Below are positions 1 through 14,270 of a stretch of 64,000 nucleotides of DNA, in pieces. Made by a program: the position numbers and the translations under genes. The stretch covers positions 343,232,001 to 343,296,000 of the forward strand of contig OZ024740.1 in the NCBI GenBank assembly GCA_964016885.1, read 5' to 3'. The notes beneath the pieces are model-generated. The model saw only the letters and a list, made by a program, of their open reading frames with translations, was not told the origin of the DNA and did no database searches. Origin of the DNA: Eledone cirrhosa. Taxonomy: Eukaryota. Position 1 is the first letter of the stretch. Each line of letters begins with the position of its first letter.

Positions 1-44
1 GGGAGACAACCCACGATCCACGAAATGAGGAAAAAAAATAATAT

Positions 45-425
45 ACACGCGGGTTAATTATTTTTTTTGAAAACATTATCAATCGAACGTGTTTAAGAAC
101 TCAATTGAAAATAAAAAAATAAATATATGCTTGTATAAATTACACACGCACATAGATATTTTCTTAGGCTAAATCAGAAGTTGTACCCGAATAAGAACCG
201 CTTCTCATAACCGCAGTAAATGCAGAAAGTTATGCTTTAAAGGGCAAATGGGAATATAATTCTCCGGCCGAATTATTAAGAGTAAAATATAAAACACACG
301 CGGGTTAATTAGTTATTTCAAGACCAATATTAATTCCTCGTGTAAAGAACTCAATTAATAAAAGAAAATAAATACATATATGCATGTAATTATATACGTA
401 GGCATATATATATTTTCCTAGGCTA
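45..425. repeat. Diverged ~125-bp direct repeat pair (45-171 and 296-425), unclassified
   Basis: Both units run acacgcgggttaatta...aagaactcaatt...tattttcYtaggcta; the second ends at a (TA)n tract. Confidence 0.7.
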
Positions 426-447
426 TATATTATATATATATATACAC

Positions 448-548
<101 letters not shown>

Positions 549-569
549 CTATATATATATATATATATA

Positions 570-629
<60 letters not shown>

Positions 630-678
630 ATATATATTATATATATATATACATTTATATATTATATATATATATATA

Positions 679-1569
679 CTAGCAGTAAAGCCCGGCGTTG
701 CTCGGGGTCGCTCAGTAGCTGTGTTAAAGTTACAATGTTAAGTTTCTTCTTTGGCTTAAAAACTGTAGTGTCTACTGTGCAGACTTGCATGTGGTGTTTT
801 TGATTAATATTCCCTCAACCAACAATATGCCTTATGAAGTTAAGAAAACATAACGATAACCCGAATGTTATAACAAAAGAGGATGCTGGGGATAAAAACT
901 GCACTGGTTATTTATTAACAAAGATCGAAAATGTAAACACTGCAACGCAGAGAAAAACATTAGCGTAACCAAATTATCAGTTATGTCTGTCTGCACGCCT
1001 ATATCACCTCTCTGCACGACTGTCTGTCTGCACGCCTATATCACCTCTCTGCACGACTGTCTGTCTGCACGCCTATATCACCTCTCTGCACGACTGTCTG
1101 TCTGCACGCCTAACGAAATTTACAGATACATATATTTTATATAAACTTATATAATTTTTGCTTTTTTTTACGAAATATTTGCTTGTTTTAAGTAGTTTTC
1201 AAATAGACTTGTTTTCAAGTAAAAATATTGTTTTAAAAGGCTTGTTTTACGTAGTCTTTAAATCGTGTATTGTGTTAATGTCATTTTAAACGCTGAGAAA
1301 GCCAGCGTAATTTTTTTAATTTTTGCACGCAGACGCTCAATGTAAACAGAACAAAGGGAAATAACTGATCACTTACGCTCAAAAATCGATACATTATATT
1401 CGATTTCGTCACATAGGGTGGGTCAATTTGAAATTTTTTTTTCCGATGTCTTCGCTAGGGCTCAATGTACAAGTATAGCAATTTCGGTGCAATTCCGTGA
1501 GAGATTCTAAGAGGAGATGTGTGCCAAAAATCGATAGACAGACAGACAACCACAGTTTTATATATATAG

Positions 1570-1570
<1 letters not shown>
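679..1570 (-). mobile_element. Non-autonomous Helitron
   Basis: Minus strand starts A|TCTATATATATAAAA at 1570 and ends cgagcaacgccgggctttactgCTAG|T at 679. The 3' end nearly matches that of the coding Helitron at 36534-36560. Inserted in (TA)n. Confidence 0.85.
984..1111. repeat. 37-bp tandem repeat, ~3.4 copies, inside the Helitron
   Basis: tgtctgtctgcacgcctatatcacctctctgcacgac repeated. Confidence 0.95.
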
Positions 1571-1661
<91 letters not shown>

Positions 1662-1667
1662 TGTGTT

Positions 1668-1950
1668 TAATGGTAGCTATGATGCTTCCATAGGCGGTAT
1701 GCCAGTTGAACACTCTATGTTCTTACAGAGCAGAGTGTGATATAACAACAGCCAATAGCAAGACAAGAGAGGAAGATGTTTTTTGAAGCAAACACCCCAG
1801 TGAGAAAATTTGTTCCGAAAGTATTGCATGTGTCCGAAGAACCTGCAGATCTAGAATCAGACAGATCCATACAATGATCATGTCTCGAGCTATCTGCCGG
1901 CGAAACAATTGTAACACACAATAAACTGAGTCCAGATGCATCACTGATTT
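1668..1950 (+). mobile_element. PLE 3'-end-derived insert (inverted tail plus hammerhead segment), related to 40016-40432
   Basis: Reverse complement of ~1670-1745 matches the tail at 40350-40430 (actctgctctgtaagaRcatMgagtgYtcaa..ggcataccgc); flanked by microsatellites. Confidence 0.7.
1829..1918 (+). ncRNA. Type-I hammerhead ribozyme-like motif (U4C core variant)
   Basis: tgtgt-CCGAAGA-stem II (gcagat/atctgc)-GAAA-CAATTG-TA-acaca, then AATAAA at 1920-1925. Confidence 0.7.
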
Positions 1951-1957
1951 TTCGTTT

Positions 1958-1992
<35 letters not shown>

Positions 1993-1995
<3 letters not shown>

Positions 1996-2137
1996 GAGCT
2001 TCTACAGGACTAGAACTGTTTCATTCGTGAGAAATCAACAGTTCTAGTCCTGTAGAAGCTCTTCCATATTAAAACTTTTATACTCTGCTATGTATTACCT
2101 TACTTACTGTGGTTACCTCCGATTCAACCCGGAATAA

Positions 2138-2140
<3 letters not shown>
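1993..2140 (+). mobile_element. Fold-back insert, family A (also 11030-11195, 46414-46600, 49975-50150)
   Basis: 28-bp perfect inverted arms 1993-2020/2037-2064 plus a one-sided tail, flanked by (TA)n. Confidence 0.8.
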
Positions 2141-2167
<27 letters not shown>

Positions 2168-2174
<7 letters not shown>

Positions 2175-2605
2175 AAATAAATAAGTCAAATATTTACAGT
2201 TTATTACTGCCATATATATTTCGGTGACAGCCATCTTTGGATGTGACCTCTTCAGGCAGTCCGAATTAGTGTGGTAGAGACGGGTACATATGATTCCAGT
2301 TCCTCAGAGAAATAACAACCCAACCAGGAACTGGACATATCGCAGTATTGACGGAGTTAAACACCTCAACAACATGTGTACCCGTCTCTACCACACAAAT
2401 TCGGTCTGCCTGAAGAGATCACAGCCAAAGATGGCTGTCACCGAAATATATATAGCAGTAATAAACGAAGCCAAATTGTAAATATTTGACTTATTTATTT
2501 TATTTTACATTACTCCGGAGTAACCAAACCAACCTGCGCACTTAGTTGAGTGCTCCAATCTGCATACTGAGGTGTCGGTAAACAACCAACATATACTCAA
2601 AATTT
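2168..2605 (+). mobile_element. Fold-back PLE-end insert, family B (arms ~2168-2292 / ~2373-2506, tail 2507-2605)
   Basis: Inverted arms each carrying a hammerhead; (TA)n on both sides; partial copy at 50909-50985. Confidence 0.85.
2406..2458 (+). ncRNA. Type-I hammerhead ribozyme
   Basis: ctgc-CTGAAGA-gatc acagcc/ggctgt cacc-GAAA-TATATA-TA-gcag, then tAATAAA. The antisense copy at 2206-2260 has G at the cleavage position. Confidence 0.8.
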
Positions 2606-2913
2606 ATATATATATATATATATATATGATACATGCGTCTAGACACATATGTAAGTCTATACGTGTATATGTATGCACGTAAGCGGCTAAACTTCTGGAA
2701 TGTTTTGCGCATATTCACAGTTCCATCAAAGGCCTATAGTTTCAATTTTCCCAGTCAGCTTGATTTTCTGGCTTTCTGAAACCGGGTTTTTCATGTCTGT
2801 TGGTGAGGCAGTGAGTTACATAATCCCAGTTATAAATCTGAAGATATATTCCGTATGTATTACCTTCAGATTTCTCATTAATCTGACGCTGAAGTTTTCT
2901 TTTATATTGTATA

Positions 2914-3623
<710 letters not shown>

Positions 3624-3874
3624 TTATGTTAACGACTGGTGGATAACTGAATTCTACCTTAGAATACACTTTCGTTTCTGTCCCAGACAATCATGCAAGG
3701 TTCGTTGTATCGATATTTTACAGGACGTATTTTCTATTACGGGTGGGTAAGCACACTGCATCATAATACTGTTTATATTTTCATCTTCAGGGCTATCTTG
3801 CTTGCAGATGTCATTGTATAATTTTTTTTTTTACCATGATATACCTCTATCGAATTATCAGAGTCGTTTGAACA

Positions 3875-3990
3875 TCGGATAGAATGTTTTGCAGTATTCG
3901 TTCTGACTCTCTACTCTTTGAATTCAAATCCCGCTGTGGTCAACTTTGCCTTTCTTACTTTGATGTCTAAAAATAAAGTACTGGGATAGA
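3875..3990 (+). mobile_element. Diverged copy of the main tRNA-derived SINE
   Basis: aattcaaatcccgctgtggtcaactttgcctttc...aaaataaagtac. Confidence 0.6.
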
Positions 3991-4543
3991 TTCTTCCTTT
4001 ATATTTCTTTCTCACATTCTCTTTCGACATCACATATATCGTTTAACAGATTTAGGTGTTTATGTGCTTCCATATCCCTTTTGTTCATAAGATATTTGTT
4101 GTTATTTCCTGTTCTTCGTTTGTAAAAGCATATCCTTCAAAACATTCGTGCAAGATAGACTTCTTTGGCTGTAGAAAAATAACATAAACAGACATTTATT
4201 TATCAAAACGAAGGAATTTTACTCTGAAGTAAATATTCTCTACTTCTAACTGTAATCATAGTCAACCATGTGAGTTTTTTTATCGTCAGTATTCAAATAT
4301 AATCTGTTTTGTAACGAGAGTTTTAAAAACGAAATAATTTTTTCTTGAAACATTTCATGAATATACGAATATTTTAGTTGTTTGTATTTTCGCTCTCCTA
4401 GCTGATAATACATTTATTAACGGGGTTGCTGCAGTGGTTACTGGCAGCTACACGTAAACGGTTAGCTTAGTGACAGTCAGAGACTGTTCTGTTGTCACAC
4501 GTGTTATCAACATTCGTGTCTGCTCGTATGTTCATGCAATGTT

Positions 4544-4735
4544 ACGGTGGATTGGCAGTATCGGTAGAGGGTCGGACGCCATGCTTTGCAGCACAGAGTT
4601 ACCTCTCTTTATGATCTGAGTTCAAATCCCGCCGAGGTTAACTTTGCCTTTCATCCTTACGGGGTCGATAAAATAAAGTACCAGTAATGCACTGATTTAA
4701 TTGCTGGCCTTGTGCCAAACGAAGAAACAGTTATT
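4544..4735 (+). mobile_element. tRNA-derived SINE (main family)
   Basis: A-box-like tggcagtatcgg, B-box gagttcaaatccc, conserved core ctttcatccttacggggtcgataaaataaagtacc; ~14 copies in the window. Confidence 0.9.
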
Positions 4736-5250
4736 TATGTGCTGTTCTCATTTTGGAGAATATAACTACAACCCACAACCCTCTTCTAGTGTTCAAGAAA
4801 TATCGCTTCTTGGTGTATTAATTTTGTAAAATTATTTAGCTGTTAGTGAATTTCGTCCCACTATTATTTTGTTCCATTCGTATATTTATGGCTATTACGT
4901 AAATTATCACTGAATTCACAACGAAAAAACATGTTCCTTATAATCTTCATTCCTTCTTTAATAACATCTAGTAGAATTTCACTTACCTCCTGCGATGCTA
5001 TCTATCTTCGGTTCTTCGATGTTATTAATATTGTGAATTCAGGTACGAGATGAATATCGCTACCATCTTGAATAAAAGTTTTCTTCAATGAATAGTATCA
5101 GAAGAATAACCAGTGGTTTGACAAAGCTGATAGACATGGCATTAGTGTTGGAAATGGTATTCAATGGTTTTCATTGTCTAACCAATAAATAGTTTGCCTT
5201 GTCAAACAATCATGTTTCACGTACAGGGATTGTGCATGTATGTATGTATG

Positions 5251-5284
<34 letters not shown>

Positions 5285-5424
5285 TGTATGCATGTATATA
5301 TGTATGTTTGCATGTATGTACGTACAAATGAATGTATGTATATATGTATGTATGTATGAATAAATGTATGTATGTATACATGTATGTATGTATGAATAAA
5401 TGTATGTATGTATGTATACACATG

Positions 5425-5490
<66 letters not shown>

Positions 5491-5679
5491 CATTTAAATA
5501 TGTATGAATGCAATGGCTTCGGAAGTATACACGAGTAATCGTTTGTATGTGCAATAAGTAATATGATGGTAGTATAAGTATGGCAAAGCTTCTGTGTGTG
5601 TACATATGTAATATGCATTTGTCTTTGTTTCTTTGCATGTGTATGTATGAGAATATATGTATATGTTAGTGGAGATACA

Positions 5680-6020
5680 GGTATGGCAGAGTGGTTAAGA
5701 AGTTCGCTTCACATCTTCACATGTGACCCTGTGTAACATGGTGGGCAAATTTTTACCATCGGCGTGGGTCGATCCAAGCCTTATGAGTGAAATTGGGCAG
5801 TCGGAAACTGTATGGAAGCTCATCGGATTGATTGTAGCTATAATTTAAAGAAACCCCGTGTCACATATTGTGTTACAAGGATTCGACTTGGGAATTACCT
5901 TGTCACATATTGTGTTACAAGGATTCGACTTAGGAATTTACACGTGTTTGTATAATACTCAACCACGTACACGTTAATTCAACAATTGAATGCTCATCGA
6001 TGAAACCGACGGAGGACTCA
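5680..6020 (+). mobile_element. Older SINE-like repeat (second family) with internal ~43-bp duplication; related piece ~48170-48400
   Basis: tRNA-like head tggcagagtggttaagaag; body shared with ~48170-48400. Confidence 0.55.
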
Positions 6021-6235
6021 TCATCATCATCATGTGATGCTGCTGCACTTATTGGGGATTATTGAATTTATGATGTTACTAAGGAGGATAGTAACGATGA
6101 TGACGGCGACGACGTCAATGAAAGTCATGATGATGACGATATTAATGGTTTTGAACTCAGAGCGTAAAGAAATGGGGAAAATACTGCAAAACATTTCGGC
6201 CGATCATCTTGCAATCCCGTCAATCTCTAATAATT

Positions 6236-6506
6236 GTTTCTAATTCAGGCACAAAGCCAGCACTTTGAAGGGAATGGAAAAGTCGATTAAATCGACACCA
6301 GTGCATTACTGGTACTTTATATTATCGACCCCGTAAGGATGACAAGCAAAGCTAACCTCGGTGGGATTGAACTCAGTGGGATTGAACTCGGTGGTATTGA
6401 ACTCAGAATTTAACTCGGTGGGATTGAACTCAGAATTTAAAGGGCCGTAACCCTATGTCACGAAGCATGTTGTCTGACGCTCTATCGATACTGTCAATCC
6501 ACCGCT
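6236..6506 (-). mobile_element. Main SINE with tandem expansion of the B-box segment (gtgggattgaactc x4)
   Basis: Reverse-complement match to the SINE consensus. Confidence 0.85.
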
Positions 6507-6782
6507 ATCGATACTGTCAATCTCTAATAACGATCACGTTGCTACTGATGGTGATGAGAGTGAAAGATGGTGTAAATGTTGTTGTTTTTCTTGTTATTTA
6601 AACTTAGGTCAAACCTTGTTCAAGAGTATTCCAAGTGAGACCACTCCGTCTTTTCCAAGACACGAGGCTACAGTATCCTATATATTCTACGGATGTGGTT
6701 TGGGAGAGATCTAACAACTAACTACAGCCGGTCAAGCCATCACATATAGACTCCCTCGTGGACTCATATTGTTGTGTTTAAT

Positions 6783-6965
6783 AGGCAGTATCGGTAGAGG
6801 GTCGGACGCCATGCTTTGACGCATAGAGTTAGAGCCCTTGCCATTCTGAGTTCAAATCCCGTCGAGGTTAACTTTGCCTTTCATCCTTACGGGGTCGATA
6901 AAATATAGTACCAGTAATGCACTGGGTAATTGCTGACCTTGTGCCAAAAGAAGAAACAATAATTA
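6783..6965 (+). mobile_element. Main SINE
   Basis: Match to consensus. Confidence 0.9.
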
Positions 6966-7112
6966 TCCAGCCTTTCTTTTATTCTTAAGACTGTAGGAAT
7001 ATCACAAGATTTGGCTGCTCTTTATAACACGTTGAATAACCAAGCATACAGAATCTTTTGTTGGCACATATTGTTCTTAACTTTGATGGTGTTGATGCTG
7101 ATAATAATATTA

Positions 7113-7292
7113 ATTGTTTCTACTTTAGGCACAAGGCCAGCAATTACCCAGTGGTACTTTATTTTATCGACCCCGTAAGGATGAAAGGCAAAGTCAACCT
7201 CGGCGGGATTTGAACACAGATCGTAAAGGGACGTAACTATGCTTGAAAGCATGGCGTCCGACCCTCTACCGATACTGCCAATCCACCGCCCT
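7113..7292 (-). mobile_element. Main SINE (inverted relative to 6783-6965)
   Basis: Reverse-complement match. Confidence 0.9.
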
Positions 7293-8592
7293 TGGATGCT
7301 GATAATAATATTAATGGTATTAATACCGTCGAGGTCAAATTTGTTTAACGTCTTTTAGACAGATTTTACGGGCAAAACCAACCGGCAGGAGACCCAGGAG
7401 TAGACCCAGAGTAATATGGTTAGATAACATCGATGAGCTTGGCTGGTCTCACTTGGATGGTTAGAAATTTTGAATTTAATACCTGTATGTATAACTTTTC
7501 TATTCCAATTACTTGCGCCAAGCTAACTTACATATGTAAAAATGGGGGTGGTTTGCTGTGTATTATATTTTTTTGTGTATGAGGACCCCCCCCCCCCCTC
7601 ATCCACAAACCTGAAGTGCTCAGGGCCCCCAAGGTCTAAATCCAACCCTGATTGTTGCTGCTGTTGTTGTTACTGTTATAGTTGCTGTCCTGCTGTTGTT
7701 GTTTTTGTAGATGTTTTTCAAACTATTTAATAAATATTTCATTTTAGATTAAAATTCACAACCTAAGAGAATAGAAATTTCGAAGAATATTCACAAATGG
7801 AAAATATATAAAACAAAGAAATGCCTGAAATAAATAGAAATTAAACGTATGCAAGCCCACACATATATACTTATATGTATATAAACATATATATATATAT
7901 ACGTACGTATGTGTCAGCATGTGCTTATGTTAAAGAATGGAGAGTGCAGAGTGGCGACAGAGCCACTCGAGACATTTATGTGTCGGGGGAGGTTAGGTGT
8001 ATGTGAAATGACTTTCTCTCAGTTTTTGTATTTTGTAAATGTTTATGTGTATGTATGCGTGCTAGAATGGGCATCTGTATTTTTTACTGTGAACGGTGTA
8101 CTAAGCGGTGTGATTGTGTGTTCAATTTTTCATGTACATGTTTCTGTGTGTGTGTGTTTGTATGTGTGTATTTGTGTGTGAATGTGTGTATTTGTGTGTG
8201 AATGTGTGTTCGTGCGTGTGTTTTTGCGTGCTTGTGTGTATGTGTATTTGTGTGTGAATGTGTGCGTGTGTGCGTGTGTTTGTGTGTCGATATGTGTATA
8301 AATATGTAACTGTGAATATGAATTTGTGAAAAATATGATTTTTAAAGCAAAATTGTAATGATCTCTGTTTAAAACATAACCCAGAAACATTTATCGAAGG
8401 GAAGTCGAAAATGGAAAAAAAGTTCGGCTGATTGCGTATCCTGAAAGGGAAAAGAGAATGGGTCAGGCTAAAAAAATAAATAAAAATAAAAGGAAAATTG
8501 CATGCTTTAAACGTTTCTGGTGTTTAAAGTATGGAAATCCAAAGTAATTGATATATATGCATACACATACATACATACATACATATATATAC

Positions 8593-8678
<86 letters not shown>

Positions 8679-8710
8679 AATATATATATATATACATATA
8701 TATATATATG

Positions 8711-8795
<85 letters not shown>

Positions 8796-9584
8796 ATATA
8801 TACATACATATTCATTAGTTAAGCAAAACACTTTAAGATTGGTTACTCTTGAACTGTGTATACATACATACACACACATATATATATATATATATATATG
8901 AATATAAATTTAGAAGGTGCTTATTGAGTGAGATTTGACTGTTATTTGGTTGCTAAATAAATATTATGCAAACATTTCTTGCGAGATGGGTAATAATATA
9001 TATGATCATATGGGTGTTGTAGTTTCTTATTAAAAAACAGAAACGCACACATACGCAACTCATATTTATATATATACACACACATATATATATATAATAT
9101 AAGATCTATGAGTGTACGCGTGTGTATATGTGCATTTAAGCGTGTGTACGCAGTCATGAATGTATAAAACGCTTTATGTATATATGCATTTATAACTCCT
9201 ACTTATTTACGTATTTCACACCTCAAAATACGACCCCCCCATAAAAAATACACCCAAATAGAACTCGTACACAGAGAGACACATGTATCTACATACATAT
9301 ATGTAAATTATCTTAAAGACAAACACATTCAATAGAAATATGAATATGATAGTTCAGTTAATAATCGATAAAAATGAAAAAGATATTTCTTGAAACGTGC
9401 ACACCCCAAAACTTAAACACACATACATACATACACACATATATATATATATACACACACACAGACACATACATATACACACACATATATATATACGTAA
9501 ATATATATATAAATGTAAATGTGTATATATATATATATATAAATGTAAATGTGTATATATATATATATATATATATAAATGTAA

Positions 9585-9698
<114 letters not shown>

Positions 9699-9756
9699 GT
9701 AAATATACATATAAATGTATATACATATATATGTATATATATATATACACATATAA

Positions 9757-9846
<90 letters not shown>

Positions 9847-10240
9847 ATGATATGTATATAAATTCACTCAAATTTATAATTCTATACATTTTGTTTTCTG
9901 GTTTCATGTATTACAAATTTACATACACGTATTTTAATTTTTTTTTTTCTCAAATATTTTCCATTGTTTGTGAGTCTCTGCCTCTATGCGTAAACCAGTT
10001 TTTGGAATTTATGTTTTCATATGTCTCATTCTTTAGAAATAAATGGTCTATAGCAATGATGGAAAAATCTCACAATGATTCTTCGAAATAAATAAAAAAA
10101 AACAACAACATATAAGCGATGAATTGTATAAAGGAAAAACAACAAAGTGTTAAAATGTAAAATGAAGTAAATATAAGAAAATATACAATGTATCTGTTGA
10201 AATATCTGTATAAATATTATTTATCCGACCCTGGCTTTAT

Positions 10241-10323
<83 letters not shown>

Positions 10324-10356
10324 TATATATATATCTATATATGTATTATACACACA

Positions 10357-10403
<47 letters not shown>

Positions 10404-10599
10404 CATATAATACATATCTAGACATATTTAGCTGTGTGTGTGTATATATTTTTCTGTGTCTTATGTGTGTATTTATATAATATAGATTGTGCAAATGTTT
10501 TAAAATATCTTTTGCCCTCCAACAATATAAGAAAAACCTCAAACATTCTTTTTTGAGGGGCAAATTAATGATAACAATAGCAACAACAATAATGCTGTG

Positions 10600-10887
10600 C
10601 AATTTAGGCACAAGGCCAGCAATTTTAAGGTAGTTGAAAATCGAATAAATCTACCCTAGTACTTGACTGGTTCATTATTCTGCCGACCACAGAAGGATTA
10701 AAAATAATTTTGACCTTTGTGTTATTTAAACTCAAAACAAAGAGTGAAAATAAATAAAAGTTTCTTATATAGGCCAGCAATTTAGGGAGAGAGGAAAGTC
10801 AATGAAGTCGACCCCTGTACGCTACTGGTACTTTATTTTATCGACCACGTAAGAATGAAAGGCAAAGCTAACCTCGGCTGGATTTGA
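10600..10887 (-). mobile_element. Two adjacent partial, diverged main-family SINEs
   Basis: aggcacaaggccagcaattt twice; tggtactttattttatcgacc...gaaaggcaaagctaacctcgg. Confidence 0.75.
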
Positions 10888-10959
10888 TGCACACACTCAC
10901 ACACACACATACACACACACACATACACACCCACACATTCACACACACGCACACACATT

Positions 10960-11006
<47 letters not shown>

Positions 11007-11029
11007 CCCCACATACACACATATATATT

Positions 11030-11195
11030 TATACCTTCTATATGAAATCATCAGACCATTCCCGATTGTTTCCCACGAATGAAACAGTCCCAGTCTTGTA
11101 GAAGTCATTTCTATATATAATAAAGATGCCTATACTCTACCAACGTATTGAGTACCTTTTTAAACTGTGGCTACCACCTAACACAATTCGGGAAC
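11030..11195 (+). mobile_element. Diverged family A insert
   Basis: gaatgaaacagtcccagtcttgtagaag...tatactctaccaacgtattgagtacc. Confidence 0.65.
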
Positions 11196-11249
11196 CTATA
11201 TATATACATATACTCCATCCTTCTCTTGAACAATAACCTTGGAACGTTA

Positions 11250-12070
11250 TCGATATACGCGTATGTTATAGTTAAAGCCCCTCTCACTTTCTTGTTTGTC
11301 AGATTATTGCGCCATCTGATTCCTAATATTTTACGTAAATCTTTTTGTTTCAATGCTAGGAAGTTATCATGAGATTTAGTATTACTCTTCCCATATCGAT
11401 ATACATTAAGTAATATTAATCTTACCAAGAATAAACAGTTTTGGACTTACATATAAAACTGAACATGCTCATTACGTTTTAAAATTAATTCCTCCAACAT
11501 CCAAACCAAGTGAGTCATTACTCGCAGCTATATTCTCCGAATATTTAAAGGGATCAGTTCTTTATATTATTTCTCTTTATATTATTTCTCTTTCTCTATT
11601 GGTATTGCAATTGGGAAGATTAGCATATATTCCTCATTTCAGGCTTTGAAGAGTTAATAATCAGATTAACATTGCTTTTCTCTCGCATTAAACCATCCAC
11701 TATTAATTACATTTCATCTGTTGTTCTTGTACTCTTCCCGGCTCTCCTGTATAATTTGGATTGACTAGTATCCGACCATTGTATTCCACAAACTTTTCCA
11801 TGCATAACTTTCTTTCTCACATAATCAATTACCAACACAAAATATAACCAGAGACAGTATATCTACCTGAATAATTCCAGATTTCCTTTAAAAAAATTAC
11901 CCCAGAGATCCATTTAACATGACTTGAGAGAAGGTTCGTTCATGTATTCTTAAAATTATATTAGTATACTTTTAGGTATGCCATATCTTCGCATTATCTT
12001 ATCCTTCTGGAAATCAACAAAACTTAGGCTTAATTGCATAACATACTTTATTCTAAAAATATTTGGTTAT
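11250..12070 (-). pseudogene. Highly decayed RTE-clade LINE reverse transcriptase fragment
   Basis: Minus-strand peptides SFVDFQK, MRRYGIPK and LRKILGIRWRNNLTNKKV are typical of RTE RT/C-terminus; many frameshifts. Confidence 0.65.
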
Positions 12071-12164
12071 CAACACTTCTTTCGAAACTTGGTTGCTTCG
12101 GGTGTCGAAAGTCGGAACAAGTATTGTAGCTCATTCTACCCGATGCTTTAAGAAATCTGCTAAT

Positions 12165-12236
<72 letters not shown>

Positions 12237-12755
12237 TGTTATACTTGGGGAGGGTCATATTTGTGTAATATTGCCAGAATTAATAACAGAACACACTCAC
12301 TGTTTGGTTGGTTTTCGCTTCTCGCTGTCTTTTATATCTGCGATCTAACTTACTCGGTCCTCAATGTTGCCATTGACTGACCGACGGTCAAAAATAATAC
12401 AGATACAATATAGACACAAACATATATATATAGTTTACATAATTTACATAAATCTTTCGTTGCACATCTGCAACATCGTCAGTGGTGTTATATTTTTTCC
12501 TCCTGTTGTGTTGTATGTCTACGCCATTTTTTATTCAGTCTGTCTATATATTTATTTATTTATTTGCTTGTTTGTTTATTTTATTTTGTCTTCTATGCGC
12601 ATGCGTTTGCGTGTGTGTATAGTGTTATGTTTGCTGTGTGACTAGTGTGTATAGTGTTGTGTCTGCTGGGTGACTAGTGTGTGTTTATGTGCTTGGTGTT
12701 ATTGTGCTTGTGTATGTATTTATTTATCTTATTTTATTTTATTTTATTTACTTAT

Positions 12756-13229
12756 TTATACTTCTCTTAGGTCAGTGTTGTTTGTTTGGGCGTTGTTGTT
12801 GTTCCACTCATTCTTTCTGTTTAGCTTTGGTCTTCTAATTTCTATTTCACTGGCCTCTCTGATTTGCCTATCTGCTGGGTCATTCCTATGTTTAGATATT
12901 ATTCTAATTTCTATGTTGTCTATGTTACCGTCATGTTGTTGTCTAGCATGTTCGTATAGTACTGACCCGTTTTTTCGTCCTTTTAGTTCCCCCCAGTGTT
13001 GGTCTATCCTTTCACCTATGCTACGAGCTGTCTCACCTATGTATGTTGTTGTCATGTTTCTGCAAGTACCCTCTGTACATCTTATGCTATAGACTACGTT
13101 TCTAGTTTTACAGTTTATCCGGGGGTTCACCTTACATATGATACATTTCCTATTGGTACAGTGGGTTTTCTTAAAAGGGTAGGTTTTGCTGATCAGGGAT
13201 TTTATGGTGGTTCCTGGCTTTTCTACCAC
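12756..13229 (-). pseudogene. PLE GIY-YIG endonuclease domain (5'-truncated ORF)
   Basis: C-x4-C-x2-C knuckle, NVVYSIRC...YIGETARSIGERIDQH...SVLYEH...RQIREASEI...LNRKNEW. Confidence 0.9.
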
Positions 13230-13749
13230 CTTTATTTTTAAGTGGGTCTTTCTCAGGGCCTTTCTACACTGGTTAGCTATACGAACATGCTAGACAACAA
13301 CATGACGGTAACATAGACAACATAGAAATTAGAATAATATCTAAACATAGGAATGATCCAGCAGATAGGCAAATCAGAGAGGCCAGTGAAATAAAAATTA
13401 GAAGACCAAAGCTAAACAGAAAGAATGAGTGGAACAACAACAACACCCAAACAAACAACACTGACCTAAGAGAAGTATAAATAAGTAAATAAAATAAAAT
13501 AAAATAAGATAAATAAATACATACACAAGCACAATAACAACAAGCACATAAACACACACTAGTCACCCAGCAGACACAACACTATACACACTAGTCACAC
13601 AGCAAACATAACACTATACACACACGCAAACGCATGCGCAAAGAAGACAAAATAAAATAAACAAACAAGCAAATAAATAAATAAATATATAGACAGACTG
13701 AATAAAAAATGGCGTAGACATACAACACAACAGGAGGAAAAAATATAAC

Positions 13750-13790
13750 ACCACTGACGATGTTGCAGATGTGCAACGAAAGATTTATGT
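13750..13790 (+). ncRNA. Hammerhead-like motif in the PLE 3' region (antisense copy ~12447-12486)
   Basis: CTGACGA-t-gttgca/tgcaac-GAAA-gattta; stems I and III weak. Confidence 0.55.
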
Positions 13791-14041
13791 AAATTATGTA
13801 AACTATATATATGTGTTTGTGTCTATATTGTATCTGTATTATTTTTGACCGTCGGTCAGTCAATGGCAACATTGAGGACCGAGTAAGTTAGATCGCAGAT
13901 ATAAAAGACAGCGAGAAGCGAAAACCAACCAAACAGTGAGTGTGTTCTGTTATTAATTCTGGCAATATTACACAAATATGACCCTCCCCAAGTATAACAA
14001 TATTTGTTTCGACACACGATTTCATATAAAAAACCTCGCTA

Positions 14042-14089
<48 letters not shown>

Positions 14090-14093
<4 letters not shown>

Positions 14094-14225
14094 ATAATAA
14101 TAAATTTGAAGACTAAAATCCAACGAGGGCTCGATAAGGATAAATATATATCAAATATATATGAACCGTAGAAGATCCCGTTAAGGGTGAAAGCAGCGAT
14201 TCTTTGCTTAAACTTTAATCTGTTA

Positions 14226-14232
<7 letters not shown>
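14090..14232. mobile_element. Mini-insert derived from the 37383-39846 PLE end (inverted tail joined to the hammerhead-like segment)
   Basis: 14090-14171 matches 37383-37455; 14172-14232 matches 39781-39840; flanked by (TA)n. Confidence 0.85.

Positions 14233-14267
<35 letters not shown>

Positions 14268-14270
<3 letters not shown>

Larger units (their letters stand above)
12235..14045. mobile_element. Penelope-like element, 5'-truncated, head-to-head inverted pair (minus arm 12235-13279, plus arm 13277-14045)
   Basis: Near-identical ~730-bp inverted arms, GIY-YIG coding, close relative of 57245-59037, (TA)n on both sides. Confidence 0.95.

Noticed and set aside
984-1111. CRISPR-like array
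   Set aside because: Contiguous tandem units with no unique spacers; eukaryotic context, no cas genes
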